A stretch of 64,000 bases of DNA from a bacterium (lineage in GTDB: Bacteria > SAR324 > NAC60-12): the NCBI GenBank assembly GCA_965233585.1, contig CBDDTI010000745.1:416001-480000 (forward strand). The letters are read 5' to 3'. Position numbers and translations under genes: made by a program. A model generated the notes under the pieces. That model ran no database searches, was not told where the DNA came from, and saw only the letters and a list, made by a program, of their open reading frames with translations. This document shows positions 1 to 10,385 of this stretch, piece by piece; position 1 is the first letter of the stretch; every line of letters starts with the position of its first letter.

Positions 1-2
1 AC

Positions 3-1343
3 CTCAACACTGTTTATTTTGGTCATGGACTCTATGGCATAGAGCAGGCATCAAAAGGGTATTTTCAAAAATCTACCAAAGACCTGACTCTGGAAGAAGC
101 CGCTTTTTTGGCAGCAATCATCAAAAAACCTTCCTACTACATGAGACGCTCAAAGGAACATCAAACCCCCTCAGGATTCTTCCCCCAAGAAACCCTAAAA
201 AAAGCATTGACAAGAAAGAATTATGTCTTAAAAAAAATGTATGAAAACGAATGGATTAGTCAAAAACAATATGAGCAGGCATTACAACAACCAATCCGTG
301 TGTCTGTGCCAAAATCAAAGCCCAATCATGCACATTACTTTGTCCAACACGTAAGAAAGCTATTAAATGCCAAAGGTTACTCTGTGGCAGGCAGTGGATA
401 CCACATTCAAACCACACTTGATTTAGGATTACAGCAAAACGCTGAACAAGTGGTGCAGGACATCTTTAACCAACCACAATCATTTGACCAAGTGGCATTA
501 GTGTCCCTTCATGCCAAAACAGGAGAAGTCTTAGCTTTGATTGGGGGAAGGGATTTTGAGCAATCACAGTTTAACCGTGCCACACAAGCCAGACGTCAAG
601 TTGGGTCAGTCTTCAAAACATTCATTTATGCCTTAGCATTAGAAAAAGAGTTCTCACCCCAGCAAAAGTTCATTGACGAACCCCTCACATTTGTCTGGTA
701 TGACCAAAACAACCAGCAACACATCTATCAACCACAAAATTTTGACAATCAGTACGGACTAGAACGACTGACTCAAGACTCTGTTTCTCTCCAAGAAGCC
801 TTTCAAATCTCACTCAATACAACGGCAGTGCAGTTATTGCATCAAATTGGCATCAAATATGCTGTTCAAGTGTTGAACCAGATGAATTTAAAACTGTCTG
901 AAGAACAAGGATTGTGCTTGGCTTTGGGTTGTTCTGAAAACACACCCCTTGAAATGACGTCTGCCTATTTGGCTTTGAGCAATCAGGGGCAATACAAGCA
1001 ACCCTCTTTTATCAAAAAAATACACACTCAAGAATTTCAAAACACCCAACCAACTCAAACTATTTTTTCCAAAAAAACTGCTCGTCAGATGAAAGAACTG
1101 TTACACAAGGCTTTGAGTCAAGGCACAGGTCGCTTGGCATATTGGAAGCATCAAGGCTATTTAGGAGGCAAGACAGGAACTAGCAATGACCACAGGGACG
1201 CATGGTTCATCGGTTTTTCTGATGACCTCATCACTGGAGTTTGGCTCGGCAATGACGATGGCACTCCAACCGAAGAAACAGGGGGCAAGACAGCCGCACA
1301 GATTTGGAAAACATTCATGCAAAAATGCCTGAAAAAACCATAA
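3..1343 (+). CDS. Class A penicillin-binding protein (PBP1A family), 5' end outside window
   Basis: Frame is open from base 3 (LNTVYFGHGLYGIEQA, transglycosylase motif). Transpeptidase motifs RQVGSVFK (SxxK), SLN and GKTGT; DAWFIGF. Confidence 0.9.
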   Translation, partial: LNTVYFGHGLYGIEQASKGYFQKSTKDLTLEEAAFLAAIIKKPSYYMRRSKEHQTPSGFFPQETLKKALTRKNYVLKKMYENEWISQKQYEQALQQPIRVSVPKSKPNHAHYFVQHVRKLLNAKGYSVAGSGYHIQTTLDLGLQQNAEQVVQDIFNQPQSFDQVALVSLHAKTGEVLALIGGRDFEQSQFNRATQARRQVGSVFKTFIYALALEKEFSPQQKFIDEPLTFVWYDQNNQQHIYQPQNFDNQYGLERLTQDSVSLQEAFQISLNTTAVQLLHQIGIKYAVQVLNQMNLKLSEEQGLCLALGCSENTPLEMTSAYLALSNQGQYKQPSFIKKIHTQEFQNTQPTQTIFSKKTARQMKELLHKALSQGTGRLAYWKHQGYLGGKTGTSNDHRDAWFIGFSDDLITGVWLGNDDGTPTEETGGKTAAQIWKTFMQKCLKKP

Positions 1344-1363
1344 TTAAAAGAAGCTATGATGAT

Positions 1364-2305
1364 ATGATTCACAGAACACTCCTTGTCTGCCTCACTCTGT
1401 TCTTCTCTTTTCATGCCTTTGCAGGTGAACCTTTGCAAGAGTCCATTTTGCACTTTTGGAAGACGAACCAAAAGTCTCTAGGGCAACAAGACCAACTTTC
1501 TCTAGCCGTGCAAGATTTACAAACAAACCAAATCCTTGTTGAAATTGCAACAACGACTTCTATCAAATCTGCAAGTTTGATTAAATTATTGGTTTTGGAG
1601 GAATTTTTGAGGCATCAAGCCCAAAACCAGACAGTTCAAAATGGCTCAACTCAAAAAGGTCAAGAAGATTTGGTCAAAATGATTCAATACAGTAGCAATA
1701 CCAGCTTTAATAAACTGGTCAAGAAACTGGGAGGGCTTGAAAAAACTCAGAAATTATTGCGTCAAAACTATCCCAACACTACATTAGCCGAATATATTCC
1801 AGAAACAGGCAGAACCTATCAAAATAAAATCATTGTAGAAGAGTTGAGAACCATGCTTCACAGACTGTGGCAACATCGCATCTTAGGAGACCAGTTTTCA
1901 CAACAAGCCAATCGCCAAGCATCACTTGAAATCCTCTGGCTCATGCAACTCCCTCCACCTTCACAAATTGCAGACCGTCTTTACTCCAAAACATGCTTGA
2001 CCCAAGACCCTCATACGCGTTTGTGGGACAAAACGGGATTTGTTCGGGGTTCCAACGGCAATGCAGGAGTGATTGGTTTTCAGGTCAATGACAAAACACA
2101 GGCATACATCATTGTCAGTGTAATTTGGAGAAAAAACCATCAAAGCATCAATTCCGGTGGGAAACTCTGGTTTCAGAAATCAAACTTCATTCATCGCCGC
2201 ATCTCTGAAATGACTTACGCCTACTTCCAAAAACTCTATTCCGGACCCAGCACTTGCGGTGCAACTTTGTTAGAAAAACATCAAAAAGAATCAGTCAAGT
2301 TTTGA
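1364..2305 (+). CDS. Secreted serine hydrolase, class A beta-lactamase-like fold
   Basis: Signal peptide MIHRTLLVCL...AFA from ATG 1364; motifs SASLIK (SxxK), YSSN and DKTG. Confidence 0.8.
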   Translation: MIHRTLLVCLTLFFSFHAFAGEPLQESILHFWKTNQKSLGQQDQLSLAVQDLQTNQILVEIATTTSIKSASLIKLLVLEEFLRHQAQNQTVQNGSTQKGQEDLVKMIQYSSNTSFNKLVKKLGGLEKTQKLLRQNYPNTTLAEYIPETGRTYQNKIIVEELRTMLHRLWQHRILGDQFSQQANRQASLEILWLMQLPPPSQIADRLYSKTCLTQDPHTRLWDKTGFVRGSNGNAGVIGFQVNDKTQAYIIVSVIWRKNHQSINSGGKLWFQKSNFIHRRISEMTYAYFQKLYSGPSTCGATLLEKHQKESVKF

Positions 2306-2438
2306 AATTTAGAAAAGATTCAAGAGGCAATACTGTGAAGATTGTGATGCAATGGGTCTTCAGTTTGATTTAAAAACTTGTCTTATCAACTCATCTGTCA
2401 TATCATGGTTGGTTTTGTTTATTTTAGGGAAGGTTATC

Positions 2439-2750
2439 ATGTATGCAATTATTGAAGCGCAAGGCAAACAGCATCAGGTCTCACCGGGTGATCTCATTAG
2501 TGTAGATCGCCTTGATGCAGAGGTAGGTTCTGTCTTTGAGACAGATAAAGTTTTATTCGTGAAAGATGGTGAGACAGTGAAGGTCGGGACTCCAACAGTG
2601 ACGGGGGCAAAGGTCAAAGGTGAAGTTGTCAAGCATGAGCTTGGCAAGAAAATTCTTGTGTTCAAAATGAAACGTCGTAAAAGATACCGAAAAACACAAG
2701 GATACCGCCATCAGCATACCACCATTAAAATTCAATCCATTGAAAGTTGA
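2439..2750 (+). CDS. rplU: 50S ribosomal protein L21
   Basis: MYAIIEAQGKQHQV...KRRKRYRKTQGYRH; start placed at ATG 2439 after AGGGAAGG. Confidence 0.97.
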   Translation: MYAIIEAQGKQHQVSPGDLISVDRLDAEVGSVFETDKVLFVKDGETVKVGTPTVTGAKVKGEVVKHELGKKILVFKMKRRKRYRKTQGYRHQHTTIKIQSIES

Positions 2751-2818
2751 TTACTTTCTGAGGGTGAATCTTCTTTTTTGATTTTTAACAACATTTATTT
2801 GAGAACAACGAGGATATT

Positions 2819-3076
2819 ATGGCTCATAAAAAAGCAGGCGGTAGCAGCCGCAATGGTCGTGATTCAGCAGGGAAAAGGCGAGGCGTCAAGAAATTTGGAG
2901 GACAAGCTGTCAGGGGTGGCACTGTCTTAGTTCGTCAAGTTGGCTCTACTTTTCACGAAGGAAAAAATGTAGGCAGGGGCAAAGATTTTACCTTGTTTGC
3001 TTTGATTGACGGCATCGTTTCTTTTTCCAAAAGGAAAGGTCGTAAATTTGTCCATGTTGAACCTGCTCACGCATGA
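2819..3076 (+). CDS. rpmA: 50S ribosomal protein L27
   Basis: [16 protein letters not shown]...[11 protein letters not shown]. Confidence 0.98.
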   Translation: MAHKKAGGSSRNGRDSAGKRRGVKKFGGQAVRGGTVLVRQVGSTFHEGKNVGRGKDFTLFALIDGIVSFSKRKGRKFVHVEPAHA

Positions 3077-4047
3077 GTTTACGGTCTCTTTCTGGAATCA
3101 AACCCACAGGAAGTCCCCATCTAGGCAACTATTTGGGGATGATGAAACCCGCCTTAAAACTTCAACAACAATTCCAAACTTTTTACTTCATTGCAGATTA
3201 TCATGCAATGACCACCTTGCCAGACCCTCAATTCTTACAAAAATCTGCTTACGATCTCACTGCCTCTTTTCTTGCACTTGGGCTTTCTACCAAAGGTCAT
3301 GCGTTCTTTAAACAATCTGATATTCCTGAAGTGACAGAACTGGCTTGGATTCTTGCATGCCTTGCTCATAAAGGAGTGCTTGACCGAGCGCATGCTTACA
3401 AAGATGCGATTGCTAAAAAGATAGAAGTCAACGTTGGGCTGTTTTGCTACCCTATTTTAATGGCGGCAGATATTTTAATTTATGACTCTACTCACGTGCC
3501 TGTTGGGCAAGACCAAAAACAACATCTTGAGATGACACGCGACCTTGCGCTCCGTTTTAATCATGTTTACGGAGAAACCTTTGTCATTCCAGAAGCATTG
3601 ATTGAAAAAGAAGTCGCTACCATTCCCGGCATTGATGGTCAGAAGATGAGCAAATCCTACAACAACACCATTCCTCTTTTTGCAGAAGAAAAAAAGCTCA
3701 AGAAGCTGGTGATGAAAATCGTGACAGACTCCTTGCCTGTGGAAGCCCAAAAAAACCCTGAACACTGCCGCATCTTTGCACTCTTTAAGTTTTTTTCGTC
3801 AGAACAAGAGCAAAAGGAGCTGGCAAAACAATACCAAAAAGGAGGCATGGGATATGGTGAAGCCAAACAAATTTGCTTTGAAGCCATCAATCGTGAGCTG
3901 AAAGATGCCAGAGACAAGTATGTTTCTTTTCGTCAAGACTTGAAAACTCTGGACGGCATTTTGGAACAAGGGAGAGACGATGCACGAAAGGTTGCACAGT
4001 CTGTGATGACTCGCGTCAGAAACAAAATAGGATTATGTCTGAAGTAA
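3073..4047 (+). CDS. trpS: Tryptophan--tRNA ligase
   Basis: [14 protein letters not shown] (HIGH), [20 protein letters not shown] and KMSKS. Confidence 0.97.
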   Translation: MSLRSLSGIKPTGSPHLGNYLGMMKPALKLQQQFQTFYFIADYHAMTTLPDPQFLQKSAYDLTASFLALGLSTKGHAFFKQSDIPEVTELAWILACLAHKGVLDRAHAYKDAIAKKIEVNVGLFCYPILMAADILIYDSTHVPVGQDQKQHLEMTRDLALRFNHVYGETFVIPEALIEKEVATIPGIDGQKMSKSYNNTIPLFAEEKKLKKLVMKIVTDSLPVEAQKNPEHCRIFALFKFFSSEQEQKELAKQYQKGGMGYGEAKQICFEAINRELKDARDKYVSFRQDLKTLDGILEQGRDDARKVAQSVMTRVRNKIGLCLK

Positions 4048-5462
4048 ACCTTGACATTCTTTCTTCACGTTATGCAAGTGAGGCAATGAATCAAATTTGG
4101 TCATTGCGTGGTCGCTTCAAGACAGAACGTCAGCTTTGGGTCGCTGTAATGAAAGCCCAAAAAGAACAAGGTTTAGACATTCCGCAAGAAGCGATTGATG
4201 CCTATGAGAATGTGGTTGATGACATTGACCTTGAAAGCATAGAACAGCGGGAAAAGATTTTGAGGCATGATGTGAAAGCACGGATTGAAGAATTTTGTGC
4301 AAAGGCAGGACATGAGCAAATTCACAAAGGCATGACAAGCCGTGATTTAACTGACAATGTGGAACAGTTGCAGGTTTTTCAATCTTTGAAACTAATTGCT
4401 CAAAAATACGTCGCCTGTCTGCTTTCTCTCTCCAACCACTGTGAACGACATGCAACAACCCCTTTAATCGCAAGAACGCATAACGTCCCCGCACAGCCTT
4501 CATCTTTGGGAAAGCGATTAGCCATGTTTGCAGAAGACATGCTGTTTGCTTTGCAGAGACTTGAGGAACTGATTGACGCCTATCCTTTGAGGGGACTCAA
4601 AGGAGCGGTGGGAACACAGCTAGACCAGCAAACTTTGTTTGAGGGACATCTGGAATCTGTTCAAGTGTTAGATGAAAAAGTTCGTCAGTTTTTGGGTTTC
4701 ACAAACAGCCTGCACGCTGTGGGGCAAATTTATTCAAGAAGCCTTGATTATCAAAGTGTCAATCGTCTTTGTTCGCTAAGCGCACCTATTTCAAGTCTGG
4801 CAACAACGTTGCGTTTGATGGCAGGGCATGAGCTGGTCTCTGAGGGGTTTCAAAAAGGACAAGTAGGGTCATCTGCCATGCCCCATAAAATGAATATGCG
4901 GAGTTGTGAGCGTCTTTGCGGGTTTCATCAAATTTTAAACGGCTATTTGACCATGCTTTCAGGCTTAAATGGCGGACAGTGGAATGAAGGCGATGTTTCA
5001 GATTCTGTGGTCAGACGAGTCGCATTGCCAAGTGCTATGTTTGCAATAGATGGTCAGCTTGAGACTTTTTTGACCATTCTTGACGAAATGACGTTTTATC
5101 CGTCATCATTAAACCAAGAATGGCAAAAGCATCTTCCCTTTGCCTCAACCACCGTTTTATTGATGGAAGCCCTCAAAAAAGGCATTGGCAGAGAAGAAGG
5201 GCATGAGGTCATTAAGCAACACGCAGTCGCAACACTCCAAGCCATTCGTCATGGACAAGGTGAGGCGTCTGACTTTGCCAAAAATTTGGGAACAGACCCC
5301 CACTTCCCAATGAATCAAGAAGAGATTCAAACCCTTCTTTCAGATTCAACACGTTTCTTTGCCTCTGCTCATCGGCAAACATTACAGATTGTGAAACAAA
5401 TTCAAGCTCTTCAAAAACGTTACCCAAACGCCTCGCAAATCCGACCCGCTCAAATTCTGTAA
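4035..5462 (+). CDS. purB: Adenylosuccinate lyase
   Basis: RHDVKA, HKGMTSRD, RTHNVPAQP and GSSAMPHKMN fumarase-superfamily signature. Confidence 0.95.
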   Translation: MSEVNLDILSSRYASEAMNQIWSLRGRFKTERQLWVAVMKAQKEQGLDIPQEAIDAYENVVDDIDLESIEQREKILRHDVKARIEEFCAKAGHEQIHKGMTSRDLTDNVEQLQVFQSLKLIAQKYVACLLSLSNHCERHATTPLIARTHNVPAQPSSLGKRLAMFAEDMLFALQRLEELIDAYPLRGLKGAVGTQLDQQTLFEGHLESVQVLDEKVRQFLGFTNSLHAVGQIYSRSLDYQSVNRLCSLSAPISSLATTLRLMAGHELVSEGFQKGQVGSSAMPHKMNMRSCERLCGFHQILNGYLTMLSGLNGGQWNEGDVSDSVVRRVALPSAMFAIDGQLETFLTILDEMTFYPSSLNQEWQKHLPFASTTVLLMEALKKGIGREEGHEVIKQHAVATLQAIRHGQGEASDFAKNLGTDPHFPMNQEEIQTLLSDSTRFFASAHRQTLQIVKQIQALQKRYPNASQIRPAQIL

Positions 5463-5501
5463 AAGAATGTCAAAATTTTCTCATCTTCTGAAAACCTTCC
5501 A

Positions 5502-6209
5502 ATGAGACACTCCAGTCAAAACCCTCGTCAGCTCTCACCCCAAGATTTTCAAAAACGCATCAAACACAATCCTTATCTAGGCAAAATCTACAATTATCAA
5601 GATTGTCTCATTGCACACCCTAACCCAAGCACAAAGCAACGCATTGCCAATTTTTCCAAAGATTCACCACTACATGTTGAGATTGGTTGCGGGTCAGGAC
5701 TTTATATTTCAGAACTTGCCAAGAACCAAAAAGATGCTTGCTTTGTGGGCTTTGAAATCCGTTACAAACGTTTGGTCAGCATTGCCAAAAAAATTGACTT
5801 AAACCATCTTTCAAATGTCTTGATTTTGCGTGAAAAAGGGGAGTATCTTGCAGATTTTTTTGGTGAAGACTCACTGGACTCGGTGCATGTCAATTTTCCA
5901 GACCCTTGGGCGAAGAAATCTCAAAAAAAGCATCGTCTTTTGCAACATTCTTTTTTTGAAACATTGACCAGACTACTGAAGCACAAAGGACGTTTCTTCT
6001 TCAAAACAGACCACCAAGACTATTTTCACTCCGTGACTCAACTTTTGACACATTTCCGTCAGTTTGAAATTGTAGAATATTCTGAGGATTTGCACCAAAG
6101 CCCTTATTTGCAAAATAATATCAAAACAGAGTTTGAAAAATTGTTTTTGTCAAAACTGCAATCTTGCATTTATTATTTGCAATTCATTTATCAAAACCCC
6201 AGCGTATGA
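5502..6209 (+). CDS. trmB: tRNA (guanine-N7)-methyltransferase
   Basis: VEIGCGSG, NFPDPWAKK...HR, FKTD and TEFE motifs. Confidence 0.93.
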   Translation: MRHSSQNPRQLSPQDFQKRIKHNPYLGKIYNYQDCLIAHPNPSTKQRIANFSKDSPLHVEIGCGSGLYISELAKNQKDACFVGFEIRYKRLVSIAKKIDLNHLSNVLILREKGEYLADFFGEDSLDSVHVNFPDPWAKKSQKKHRLLQHSFFETLTRLLKHKGRFFFKTDHQDYFHSVTQLLTHFRQFEIVEYSEDLHQSPYLQNNIKTEFEKLFLSKLQSCIYYLQFIYQNPSV

Positions 6210-7123
6210 TGCCCCTAGAACCTAAAAAAGTGATTGCATTGGTTGGTGCAACAGGTAGTGGCAAGACAGAATTGGCAGTTGAAATTGCCCAAAAGTTTAA
6301 TGGTGAGATTGTTTGTACAGATTCGGTGCAAGTTTATCGTGAATTTGACATCGGGTCTGCCAAACCTAGCCACGAACAACAGCAAGCAGTGAAACACCAC
6401 CAAATTGATGTGATTGAACCTGATGGCTACTACTCTGTGGCAAATTTTGCAAACGATGCAAAAAGGTGCATTCAGCAAATCCATGATGCAGGGAAGCTAC
6501 CCATTTTAACTGGGGGTTCAGGATTGTACTACCGTTGTGCAATCTCGGAAATCGCTGCGATTCCTAGCATTCCCCGACAGATTAAACAGCTGGTGAATGA
6601 ATGGCATCAACAAGGGATTTTGTTTTGCTACCAACAATTAGAAAAACTAGACCCCCAAAGTGCCAATGTGCTAAACGCAGGTGATACATCAAGAATTTTG
6701 CGAGCATTGGAAGTCATGTTGTCCACAGGAAGATCTATTAGAGAACATTGGAATTTAGAAACATTTGGTCAACCCTGTTATGACCTGTTAAGTGTAGGAA
6801 TTTTTTATGAACGTCCAACACTTTACCAAAGAATCAATGCCCGTACCTTGGAAATGCTCAAAGCAGGTTGGGTTGAAGAAACGCAGTCTTTGCGTCAAAA
6901 CTATTCCAAAAATTTACATGCCCTTGGCTCCATTGGATACAAACAGATTGGGATTTTTCTGGAACAAAACATCAGTTATAAATTGATGGTTGAAAAAATC
7001 CAGCAAAAAACTAGAAATTATGCTAAACGTCAGCTGACTTGGTTCCGTAAAGAACGAGATATTCAATGGTTCTCACCAGAACAAAAGCAAAACTGCTTTG
7101 ATGCCATCAGCCAATTCCTTTAG
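6206..7123 (+). CDS. miaA: tRNA dimethylallyltransferase
   Basis: GATGSGKT, DSVQVYREFDIGSAKP, GGSGLY, IGYKQ and TRNYAKRQLTWF; ATG 6206 overlaps the trmB stop. Confidence 0.96.
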   Translation: MMPLEPKKVIALVGATGSGKTELAVEIAQKFNGEIVCTDSVQVYREFDIGSAKPSHEQQQAVKHHQIDVIEPDGYYSVANFANDAKRCIQQIHDAGKLPILTGGSGLYYRCAISEIAAIPSIPRQIKQLVNEWHQQGILFCYQQLEKLDPQSANVLNAGDTSRILRALEVMLSTGRSIREHWNLETFGQPCYDLLSVGIFYERPTLYQRINARTLEMLKAGWVEETQSLRQNYSKNLHALGSIGYKQIGIFLEQNISYKLMVEKIQQKTRNYAKRQLTWFRKERDIQWFSPEQKQNCFDAISQFL

Positions 7124-7288
7124 GTCTCCTGCCTAACGCATTTCTGCCAACTCTCCCCCCATTCTTTTTCATAAATTTCACACTCCCAAAAAACTGTAAA
7201 AATCCTGAAATGTTAATCTTGCAAAAATATTTATTAAAGGCATAATGTACATCTTTTTTTAGCCAGTCACCTCTTTTCCAAAATTCGT

Positions 7289-9082
7289 ATGACAGCTTCA
7301 CCCAAATTGGTAAAAGACTTCACAGACTTTGGTTTGGCAGTCTTGCAAGACAGATACTTGTTAAAAGGAGAAACACCTGATGCGATGTTTATGAGAGTCG
7401 CCAAAAGCTATGCCTACGACGAAGAACACAAACAACGTATGTACGGTTACATGCGTGCCATGTGGTTCATGCCAGCAACTCCCATTTTATCTAATGCGGG
7501 TACTAACAGAGGGCTACCGATTAGCTGTTTTTTGAATAATGTTGACGATTCGCTTGAGTCCATTTCTAGCACGTGGAATGAGAATGTCTGGCTGGCGGCA
7601 AAAGGTGGTGGAATAGGAACTTGTTGGTCTGATGTGAGAAGTGTTGGGCAAACTGTTCAGGGTCGGGGTGGGTCCTCTGGAATCATTCCATTTGTAAAGG
7701 TGATGGATTCTTTGACACTGGCTATTTCACAAGGAAGTTTAAGACGCGGGGCGTCTGCTTGCTATCTGGATATTTCTCACCCTGAAATTGAAGAGTTTTT
7801 AGAAATCAGAAAACCAACAGGAGACTTCAATCGTAAGAGTTTAAACATCCATCAAGGCATCACCATCTCTGATGATTTTATGCGTGCTGTGGTTAATAAC
7901 AAAAGATGGAATTTGATTGACCCTGCAACTAAGGAAGTCAAAAGTAGTGTCGTGGCAAGGGAGCTTTTCCAAAAAGTCATTGAGACACGTATCTCAACAG
8001 GCGAACCTTACATCGTCTTTTCTGACACAGTCAATCGTCATTTAGCACCTCATCATCAAGAACTTGGGCTTCAAGTGAGGCAGTCTAATCTTTGCAGTGA
8101 GATCATGCTCCCCACAGGAGTTGACTACAACGGACAACAAAGAACAGCCGTTTGTTGTTTAGGCAGTGTGAATTTGGAACATTTTGACGAATGGGAAAAT
8201 GACCCGCTTTTCATTGAAGATTGCTTGCTTTTCTTAGACCGTGTCCTGCAAAACTTCATTGAACTGACAGAAAATTTGGAAGGATTTGACAAGGCAAGAT
8301 ACTCTGCCATGCAAGAAAATTCTGTGGGGCTTGGTGCAATGGGTTTTCAATCTTTCTTGCAAAAGAAAAGAATTGGTTTTGAATCAGTGGTTGCCAAATC
8401 TTTGAACGTCAAAATTTTTAAACACATTCATCAACAAGCCACCCAAGCCAATGTGAAGCTGTCAGAATTGCTAGGAGCTTGCCCTGACGCAAAAAACAAA
8501 AGCTATGAGAGACGTTTCAGCTACATGCTTGCGATTGCTCCGACTGCCAACATTTCCATCATTGCAGGTGGTTGCTCCCCTTGTATTGAGCCAATCAACA
8601 GCAACATCTATACTCACAAAACTTTGACAGGCAGTTTTGAGGTCAAGAATAAATATTTGGTCAAACTCCTACAAGAAAAAGACAAAGACACTCAAGAAGT
8701 CTGGGACAAGATCATTGAAGAACAAGGCTCTGTCCAAAAGTTAGATTTTTTGACTGATGATGAAAAAGCAGTCTTTCAAACAGCATTTGAAATTGATCAA
8801 CGTTGGCTAGTAGAGTTTGCAGGCGAACGTGCAGCATACATAGACCAAGGGCAAAGTGTAAATTTATTTATGAAAGGTGATGCCGATAAGTGGGATTTAC
8901 TGATGATTCACATTAAAGCATGGCAATTAGGAATCAAAAGTTTATATTACTTAAGAAGTAGAAGCATACAACGTGCAGGTTTTGCCGGTGGTGTAGAACG
9001 AGACAACACAATCAAACGAGATAAAGTTTTTGCAACTTCGGTTGAAAGAGTTGACTACGAAGAATGCTTATCTTGCCAATGA
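7289..9082 (+). CDS. nrdA: Ribonucleoside-diphosphate reductase alpha subunit (class I, no ATP cone)
   Basis: PATPILSN, ISCF, SNLCSEI, AIAPTA, KSLYYLRS and C-terminal CLSCQ. Confidence 0.96.
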   Translation: MTASPKLVKDFTDFGLAVLQDRYLLKGETPDAMFMRVAKSYAYDEEHKQRMYGYMRAMWFMPATPILSNAGTNRGLPISCFLNNVDDSLESISSTWNENVWLAAKGGGIGTCWSDVRSVGQTVQGRGGSSGIIPFVKVMDSLTLAISQGSLRRGASACYLDISHPEIEEFLEIRKPTGDFNRKSLNIHQGITISDDFMRAVVNNKRWNLIDPATKEVKSSVVARELFQKVIETRISTGEPYIVFSDTVNRHLAPHHQELGLQVRQSNLCSEIMLPTGVDYNGQQRTAVCCLGSVNLEHFDEWENDPLFIEDCLLFLDRVLQNFIELTENLEGFDKARYSAMQENSVGLGAMGFQSFLQKKRIGFESVVAKSLNVKIFKHIHQQATQANVKLSELLGACPDAKNKSYERRFSYMLAIAPTANISIIAGGCSPCIEPINSNIYTHKTLTGSFEVKNKYLVKLLQEKDKDTQEVWDKIIEEQGSVQKLDFLTDDEKAVFQTAFEIDQRWLVEFAGERAAYIDQGQSVNLFMKGDADKWDLLMIHIKAWQLGIKSLYYLRSRSIQRAGFAGGVERDNTIKRDKVFATSVERVDYEECLSCQ

Positions 9083-9123
9083 CCACAATTTGATCATCAC
9101 AAACAACACAACAAAGGAATCTT

Positions 9124-10149
9124 ATGAAAGCGACTCAACTGACACAGGAAAGCAAAGCATACAAACCATTCAACTATCCTTGGGCTTATGAATTTTGGCA
9201 AAAGCAACAACAGATTCATTGGCTACCCGAAGAAATCCCGTTAAGCGAAGATGTGAAAGACTGGAATAGTAAACTCACAGATTGTGAACGTGAATTTTTG
9301 ACCCAAATCTTCCGCTTTTTCACGCAAGCTGACATTGATGTCAGTGGAGGCTATATTGACCGATACATGCCCTTCTTTAAGCCTGTGGAGGTACGTATGA
9401 TGATGAGTGCCTTTGCCAATATGGAAACGGTGCATATTGCCGCTTATGCCTTGCTGATTGAGACAATCGGCATGCCTGATGTAGAGTTTTCAAAATTTCT
9501 GGAATACCAAGAGATGGCAGACAAGCATGAGTTTCTGAACAACTTCAACATGGACACCGAGCAAAATGTTTTAAAAACGATTGCCGCCTTTTCTGGATTT
9601 ACTGAAGGACTGCAACTGTTTGCATCATTTGCAATGCTTCTCAACTTTCCAAGATTTGGCAAAATGCGGGGCATGGGTCAAGTCATCACATGGAGTGTCA
9701 GAGATGAATCCTTGCATTGTGAAGGCATGATTAAGTTGTTCCACGAGTACGCAAATGAAACAGGGGCTTATGATGACAGTGTGAAAAAATCAATCATTGA
9801 TGTTGCCAAACAGTCTGTGGCTCTTGAAGACCGCTTCATTGATTTAGTCTTTCAAGCAGGTGTGATTCATGGCATTGATGCAGATTCATTAAAGCGATAT
9901 ATCAGGTATATTTGTGATTGGCGTCTGAATCAACTGGGAATAGAGGCTCTTTATCACATCAAAGAATACCCTCTGCTTTGGTTGAGAAGCCTGCTGAATG
10001 GTGTAGAACATGCTAACTTTTTTGAAACACGGGCGACAGAATATTCCAAAGGTGCAACTTCTGGAACATGGCAAGACACATGGATTCATTTTGACAAAGC
10101 CTACTCCCACACTCTACAAACATCTGAACCGTTTGAAGAAGCTGCATAA
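9124..10149 (+). CDS. nrdB: Ribonucleoside-diphosphate reductase beta subunit
   Basis: HWLPEE, FFTQAD, ETVHIAAY (radical Tyr), EGLQLF, RDESLH and NFFETRATEY. Confidence 0.96.
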   Translation: MKATQLTQESKAYKPFNYPWAYEFWQKQQQIHWLPEEIPLSEDVKDWNSKLTDCEREFLTQIFRFFTQADIDVSGGYIDRYMPFFKPVEVRMMMSAFANMETVHIAAYALLIETIGMPDVEFSKFLEYQEMADKHEFLNNFNMDTEQNVLKTIAAFSGFTEGLQLFASFAMLLNFPRFGKMRGMGQVITWSVRDESLHCEGMIKLFHEYANETGAYDDSVKKSIIDVAKQSVALEDRFIDLVFQAGVIHGIDADSLKRYIRYICDWRLNQLGIEALYHIKEYPLLWLRSLLNGVEHANFFETRATEYSKGATSGTWQDTWIHFDKAYSHTLQTSEPFEEAA

Positions 10150-10364
10150 ATTCCTATTCCTTCAAAACAACTTTGCAAGTTCTCAACATTGAATCAATAA
10201 CATTGATTGAATCCAGAATTTGCAAAAGCCTGTAACCTTCCAAATGGCAAAGTGGAATTGAAGTGCTGACGACGATTTGCCAGCCTCTCTCAAAACCCCA
10301 TACCTTCATCTCCTGTACTCATTAAATCTTCAAAATGGTTAGGCTTCATTCTTTGAGCTAAAAC

Positions 10365-10384
10365 TTTTCTGAACGTTCAGAAAA
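10365..10384. terminator. Perfect 20-bp palindrome immediately downstream of glmS (terminator or operator)
   Basis: TTTTCTGAAC|GTTCAGAAAA, 1 bp from the glmS stop codon. Confidence 0.45.
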
Positions 10385-10385
10385 A

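Noticed and set aside
1364..2305. Bona fide antibiotic-resistance beta-lactamase
   Set aside because: Only the generic SxxK/SxN/KTG motifs are visible; the position next to a PBP fits a cell-wall serine hydrolase equally well.
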